Below, one piece after another: positions 27,001 through 30,199 of a stretch of 30,199 nucleotides of DNA (positions are counted from its first letter, which is position 1; each line of letters opens with the position of its first letter). A program made the translations under genes and the position numbers. The notes under the pieces are model-generated. The model searched no databases. It saw only the letters and a list, made by a program, of their open reading frames with translations, and was not told where the DNA came from. The stretch lies in NCBI GenBank assembly GCA_964440855.1, contig CAYTUA010000130.1, forward strand, positions 1-30,199, written 5' to 3'. Source of the DNA: an uncultured Lentimicrobiaceae bacterium. Lineage in GTDB: Bacteria > Bacteroidota > Bacteroidia > Bacteroidales > F082.

Positions 27001-28336
27001 TGGCATTTTCAATTTTTTCAAAATCCTGTCCTGCAACCATATAGCCATTCCTGCCCAAATTAAAAGGGTCAGTGCTTAAATAGGATGATACCGTATTGAT
27101 GCTGCGAATGCTCGCTGTATCCATACGGTTCATCAGGTTGTTTGATCTGTTTGTAGGCAAGGGAGGCCCCTGCGTGGCAGTTACTTCGTTGTTGCCAATC
27201 CATTCCCTGCGGCCTTCACCCAGGTCGGCCAGTGCGATGATGTTGCGGTTATCTTCCAATGCAGCACCTGCGTTGGTAATCCACACTTCTACCTTGGTGA
27301 TATTGATGTCGGAGCCAATAATGGGCAGCGATTGTAAGGCATTTTCGTATTGTTCCCTAAAGTGCTGGCTAATAAAGAAGTGCCTGTTTTCTTCATAATC
27401 CAGGCTGCTCAGGTTGAACTGGTTGGTTTGGGCGCCACCTTGAACGGTAATATTGCGGGTTTCACTTTCTTGCTGCGAAAAAACAGCCGTAACACTGGTT
27501 CTGCCAAATTGCATTTTTGTTTTAATACCAAAAAGTGCCTGGCTGCCATTAATCAGTGTTGAATTGAGCGGGAAGCTCACATTACCAGCTTCAATCAGTT
27601 TGATAATTTCGTCCTCTTTGCCCTCGTATTTTAGTGCCAAACGGTTCTCGAACTGGAAGGTGGCTTGTGTATTGTAATTGGTTCTGAACTCAATTTTTTC
27701 GCCAATCTTGGCTACAACATTCATTTGGATTTTCTGATCGAAGTCGAAATTGGTAGTACGTCTTTGTCGCACATCCAGCTGGGGATCTTCACGCTTATTG
27801 CTTTTCACGCCAAAGGTAATTTCGGCTGAGCCTTGCGGTCGAATGTCGATGGTGCTGCCGCCAAAAATCCTATCGAAGGCCTCTCCGCCAATATGAATCG
27901 GTGGAATAATGGATTGGGCTGACTGTGGCTGTGAGGTTTGGGAGCGGTCCTGCCAGTAATGTTGAATGCCTTTTTTGTTTTGGTAATCCATGTATTCATC
28001 GCGGGTCATGGTAGTGGGTGTGCGGTAGTTGAAGTCGCCAATTTTGCTGTAAAATACATATTGGCCAGTAACAGGGTCGTACACCACTTCGCGTTTGATA
28101 TTTTCGGGCTCATTCAGATGGAGTGGCGATTGTTGGTCGAATTGGTTATAGGGGTTGCCATCATCCTGTGGAATGGGATACTGCATCAGGCTGGTATCGG
28201 GTTGCTGAGGCCAAAGGGGATTGGCAATAGTGTGGGTAGCCGAAAAAGGCTTATTGGCCATACTTAAGAAAGCCCCCGCCACAATCGCAAGCGAAATAAA
28301 TACGTACCTAAAAAAACGTTTCAATGACAATCCCAC
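21026..28336 (-). CDS. sprA: Type IX secretion outer-membrane translocon SprA/Sov
   Basis: 2436 aa with signal peptide, IDIRPQGS, GSQALFGIK, YIDDFEG, WGGIMR..DFEATNIEYLEFW and VWVNELR motifs, a beta-rich C-terminus, and position between ruvA and gcvH. Confidence 0.95.
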   Translation of the reverse strand: MGLSLKRFFRYVFISLAIVAGAFLSMANKPFSATHTIANPLWPQQPDTSLMQYPIPQDDGNPYNQFDQQSPLHLNEPENIKREVVYDPVTGQYVFYSKIGDFNYRTPTTMTRDEYMDYQNKKGIQHYWQDRSQTSQPQSAQSIIPPIHIGGEAFDRIFGGSTIDIRPQGSAEITFGVKSNKREDPQLDVRQRRTTNFDFDQKIQMNVVAKIGEKIEFRTNYNTQATFQFENRLALKYEGKEDEIIKLIEAGNVSFPLNSTLINGSQALFGIKTKMQFGRTSVTAVFSQQESETRNITVQGGAQTNQFNLSSLDYEENRHFFISQHFREQYENALQSLPIIGSDINITKVEVWITNAGAALEDNRNIIALADLGEGRREWIGNNEVTATQGPPLPTNRSNNLMNRMDTASIRSINTVSSYLSTDPFNLGRNGYMVAGQDFEKIENARKLNPSEYTYNSKLGFVSLNTTLNADQTLAVAYQYTVIGYDSVFQVGEFSDQGINSPKNLVVKLLKSSAINTRIPMWNLMMKNVYSIRAFQVNREDFTFNILYSGNDNSVPTGYFTEGDESVTGVPLIHLMGLDNLNQQMNPVAGGDGVFDFLDNAATQGGTINSSNGRIFFTVLEPFGSHIRKNIFPDNPDLADRYAYDSLYTLTKTGAEQFPEKNKYLLEGFYKSQSGSEINLNALNVPQGSVKVTAGGVPLTENVDYTVDYTLGRVSIINEGILSSGTPINISLESNQMFAIQQKRMMGLRVDHEFNQDFRLGATLLNLHERPLTQKVNYGDDPISNTIYGLDLSYRRESRWLTNMLNKIPGISTNQISRINVDGEFAHFLPGHSRAVGKTGTSYIDDFEGAKSKIDLRQQHTWFLASTPQGQLDLFPEAAPGTGLNYGKNRAKMAWYIIDASVFYDRFGTRRPSNIDRNELSKHSVRQVLETEVFPNKDIPSGIPTNIAVLNMAYYPQERGPYNYDVMPTSYTAGLEEDGSLAQPDSRWGGIMRRIEATDFEATNIEYLEFWMMDPFTEDPTNAGDLYINLGDISEDILRDGRKFFEHGLPVSEEVINVDTTIWGRVPTLQALTESFSNLPGSRQFQDVGYDGLRDIDERDFHAPTFLDVIRDRYGENSAAFQEALQDPSADNFQYFRGAELDSDSRYTSIMERYKNFNGPDGNSPTDDINPEDFQTSATTFPNMEDINRDNTLSETERYFQYRIKLDPQNMKVGENYITDIREAKGIPLENGDVGEVTWYQFKIPVSQPEKVVGSIEDFRSIRFIRMFFKGFERPVVARFATLELVRGEWRTYRYNLEAPGEYLVNDNANDTRFDISAVNVEENGQRDPIPYVIPPGIDREINYGTTSIVRLNEQSMAFTVQNLQDGDARAAYKTTSFDFRQYKKLKMYVHAEKLIEAEELDYGDLTVFIRMGADFTQNYYEYEIPLTFTPWNTPFTDDVAIWPEENLFDIDLEELVQVKQNRNIAMRNPNSTVNWNLPYIEQLGDHLIKVIGNPSVSDVKGIMIGVRNPKKQGINSTDDGLPKSAIVWVNELRVTDFNNKGGWAATARVETHLADLGRVVVSGAHSTPGFGSLDMKVNETSREAITDFNVATDIDLGKFLPEASGVRIPMHFDYGEAHIRPEFNPLNPDIKLKDDLDSYDTEAQQDSVKVLTNDYLQRKNINFMNVRKDRVGGTKPPRIYDIENLNVSYSYSEIYQRNVDVEYDMRKEYRGGLGYNFMANPKNVQPFAKAKWASKPFMQLIKDFNFFYMPKNFAFRTEMNRQHHEKKFRNKSAGDVITYPIFSKQWNWNRNYDLKFDLTRSLTIDYTAVANAYVNEPSGNPDRGTSAWELNRDTIRNEIMRLGTKNRYNQSIRINYNVPINKIPMLNWITATAGYQAVFNWTASPQSVQERIGNVIENQNTKQLNSNIDFSRLYSKNNYLKNLSQPPRSARRNGPGARPGTAPPSPRQASENQEAQPDSLQEKPSINYFKIVADNILKLAMSAKRGSISYTESNGMLLPGFMLEPDLLGMNFSNNAPGWAFVMGDETDIRQAAIQNNWITRDSLLNQAFAKRSTENLNYRLNLEPVPGLRIDISGDKTSAFNFQEYFRADSVGNFQSFSPVESGNFSMSYGMWNTSFAKSRDDETSPLFDELIDNRKIIAERLASENPQWVEQGERFIYDSTAMDFFPFGYTSISQEVVLYAFLAAYRGQDVTTIPLSPFPKIPIPNWSVSYNGLTRIPAIGRIFRTVNLTHSYRSSYAINSWRTNVDYDPNNRTKTYANSDVFIGRYDISQMSITEQFAPLIGIDIAMQNSLTTRVEYKKQRNLAMSFVNNQLTEIIGSEIVIGVGYRIRNLALVISNVTGGGRISRSTSDLVMKLDLGFRTDKTTLRRIDEQNSQVSAGQNKINIYVTADYMLNDRFNLQAFYRHDLNDPFVSNQFKNSMTHAGVTMRFSLAQ

Positions 28337-28396
28337 TTTATTTCTGCCGTATTAAATCTTCTTATTTATTTACGCATCAGGCGATTATAAAAAACA

Positions 28397-28978
28397 CTAC
28401 AATACCTTCAGGGCCTCTTTAATGAGAAATTCCACACTGGGTTCCTGATGTATTTTTACTAATTTATCCAAAGCCTTATCGGCTGCATTTTTGTTGAATC
28501 CCAGAATCAACAGACCTGATAACGCTTCGTCTTTTAAGGTATTGTATGATGCAGTTACTTTTTCGCCTGTTAAACCTCCTTTGCCCACTTTGTCTTTTAA
28601 ATCAACAACGATCCTTTGCGCTGTTTTTCCACCTATTCCTTTCACCCCTTCAAGCACCTGGGTTTTGCCCAAAGCTATGGCGTCAATGGCTTCGGGTGTT
28701 GTAAGCGATGAAAGAATCAGCCTTGCAGTATTGGCGCCAACGCCCGAAACAGTAATTAACAACAGGAAGAGGGCTCTTTCGCTCTCTTCGGCAAAACCAT
28801 AAAGTACATGTGCATCCTCACGAACGGCCAGGTGGGTATATAGTTTTACCTGCTCATTGCTTCCAATGGCTGCAAATGTGTTGAGCGAAATGTGTATTTG
28901 GTAACCAATTCCATTTGCCTCAACGATTACAGAAGTCGGATTTTTTTCAACAAGCTTTCCCTTAATGAATGCGTACAT
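28397..28978 (-). CDS. ruvA: Holliday junction branch migration protein RuvA
   Basis: VEANGIGY, LYGF, HhH motifs VSGVGANTA and VKGIGGKTAQRIVVDLKDK, and EALSGLLILGF. Confidence 0.97.
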   Translation of the reverse strand: MYAFIKGKLVEKNPTSVIVEANGIGYQIHISLNTFAAIGSNEQVKLYTHLAVREDAHVLYGFAEESERALFLLLITVSGVGANTARLILSSLTTPEAIDAIALGKTQVLEGVKGIGGKTAQRIVVDLKDKVGKGGLTGEKVTASYNTLKDEALSGLLILGFNKNAADKALDKLVKIHQEPSVEFLIKEALKVL

Positions 28979-29024
28979 GGACTATTATTTTTAAAGTAGT
29001 GAGTAAATCACGGTCCCAAGCGGG

Positions 29025-29032
29025 CAAAAATA
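29025..29032 (-). promoter_or_regulatory. -7 promoter box (TATTTTTG) for ruvA(-sprA)
   Basis: CAAAAATA on the + strand, followed on the - strand by CCCGC, 46 bp upstream of the ATG. Confidence 0.55.
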
Positions 29033-29171
29033 CAAATAATACCTTCAGTTTGGGTTTGGGTGTATTTTTCGTTTTCAGCCTGTTTTACGATCCTCTTTTT
29101 AAGCCTGATGGATGGTCACGCCGCTTCGTCAATAAAAAAAGAGGAATTAAGCATGACAACAGAATGAGCAA

Positions 29172-30199
29172 TCACCAATTCAGAATCTTCTTGAAATCAT
29201 AGTCCTCAGGATTTGGAAGGTATTCACGAGCGGCAGCATAATCTTCAGGACCTAAATATTGTAAACCGTTTTCGAAGACCATCTTGGTTTTTTCGCCTTC
29301 CATATCTACCAGGCGCGGTTTTACTTTGCCATTTTTGTCTTCCACATCTTTTAGGTAAAGTGGATGGCAATTGCCGGCCGGGTCAGAGGTAACCATAGCA
29401 CCTGAAACACCTTGGTCAAATAGTTGTTTTACACCGTATCCCAGCAAACCGCAGTACATTAAATCAAAAGCCACAGGGCGAACACAACGTAATTCATATC
29501 CCAGTTCAACCGGGCGACTCTTTATGTTCAGCTTGATTTCTTTCAGTCGGTACTGCAACAACATATTATATATGTGGGCTTTGCTTACGTTGCCCAGTTC
29601 AGGGTGGCCATGGTCGTCGTAAGTGAAATTAACATTGGACGATTCAATTTCCTTGTTGGTCATAAAATGAAAAACACCTTCACTTACAATGGCAACACCA
29701 TAAGCAATGCCTTCAATTTTTCTTTTCACCATCGAGGAAATAATTAAACGCGTTATGCGGTCAAAAGTAACTTCCGTTTTATGGAACATTTCCGGTATGA
29801 TGATCATGGGATAATGACAGGCTGCCCCAATGCCAAATGCCAGATGCCCTGCCTCACGGCCCATGGCCGAAACGGTGAACCAGTTGCCGCTGGTGCGGGC
29901 ATCTTCATAAATGGTTTGTGCAATCCTCACCCCTTCATCTTTAGCCGAATAATAACCAAATGTAGGTGATCCTTCAGGCAGGGGCAGGTCGTTGTCAATA
30001 GTCTTGGGAACGTGCAGGTTTTGAATTTTTATTTTGTTTTCAGCCAGGAATTTAGAAATGCGATTGGCGGTAGAGGCCGTGTCGTCGCCACCAATGGTCA
30101 CCAACAATTTTACATTGTTTAATGTGAAAAAGCGGGTCGAGAATTCACTGTCCTTTGGCTTGTGCCGGCTCATCCGCAGTGCCGACCCACCTTGTTTTT
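29172..30199 (-). CDS. 6-phosphofructokinase family enzyme, likely PPi-dependent; 5' end lies outside the window
   Basis: The frame stays open to the window edge (..KQGGSALR-MSRH..), so the track's ATG 30173 is internal. Motifs GGDDT, PKTIDND, MGREAGH and LGYELR. Confidence 0.9.
   Translation of the reverse strand, partial: KQGGSALRMSRHKPKDSEFSTRFFTLNNVKLLVTIGGDDTASTANRISKFLAENKIKIQNLHVPKTIDNDLPLPEGSPTFGYYSAKDEGVRIAQTIYEDARTSGNWFTVSAMGREAGHLAFGIGAACHYPMIIIPEMFHKTEVTFDRITRLIISSMVKRKIEGIAYGVAIVSEGVFHFMTNKEIESSNVNFTYDDHGHPELGNVSKAHIYNMLLQYRLKEIKLNIKSRPVELGYELRCVRPVAFDLMYCGLLGYGVKQLFDQGVSGAMVTSDPAGNCHPLYLKDVEDKNGKVKPRLVDMEGEKTKMVFENGLQYLGPEDYAAAREYLPNPEDYDFKKILNW

Noticed and set aside
20527-28978. 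ruvA-sprA-gcvH-vanZ-tonB juxtaposition as a novel system
   Set aside because: This gene order is commonly conserved in Bacteroidota and joins functionally unrelated genes.
29091-29145. 10-bp inverted repeat TCCTCTTTTT/AAAAAGAGGA after the PFK gene as a terminator
   Set aside because: It has a 35-nt loop, a weak A/T stem and no following U tract on the - strand.
1-30199. CRISPR arrays, tRNA/rRNA genes, defence systems, frameshifted or readthrough genes
   Set aside because: By-eye inspection found no regularly spaced repeats, cloverleaf or rRNA motifs, nuclease/RT genes or split reading frames.

Overview
A 30.2-kb stretch of a Bacteroidota chromosome, probably Bacteroidales-like. The evidence is TAnnTTTG promoters, A-rich ribosome-loading regions, and the ruvA-sprA-gcvH-vanZ-tonB gene order. 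Most of the window is housekeeping or envelope genes: a 2-hydroxyacid dehydrogenase, two lipoproteins, an MMPL/RND exporter, rfbA, a polyprenyl synthase, an ABC-F ATPase, thiL, uvrC, two tandem tonB genes, vanZ, gcvH, the T9SS translocon sprA, ruvA and a 5'-truncated PPi-type phosphofructokinase. A small accessory-looking cluster (PepSY-like protein, DUF2490-like barrel, GNAT, VOC) lies at 11.6-14.3 kb. The most unusual part is the first 2.2 kb. An AT-rich gene encoding a 5-TM protein with tandem ExbD-like domains is bracketed by an exact 59-bp direct repeat (1..59 = 2129..2187). The second copy is the right end of a ~487-bp transposase-free element with 16-bp terminal inverted repeats, a subterminal IHF-consensus site and an internal inverted REP-like doublet. 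This suggests a MITE-cargo-MITE mobile unit whose left copy runs off the window. No tRNA, rRNA or CRISPR array was recognised. All product calls come from motif recognition by eye, not database searches.
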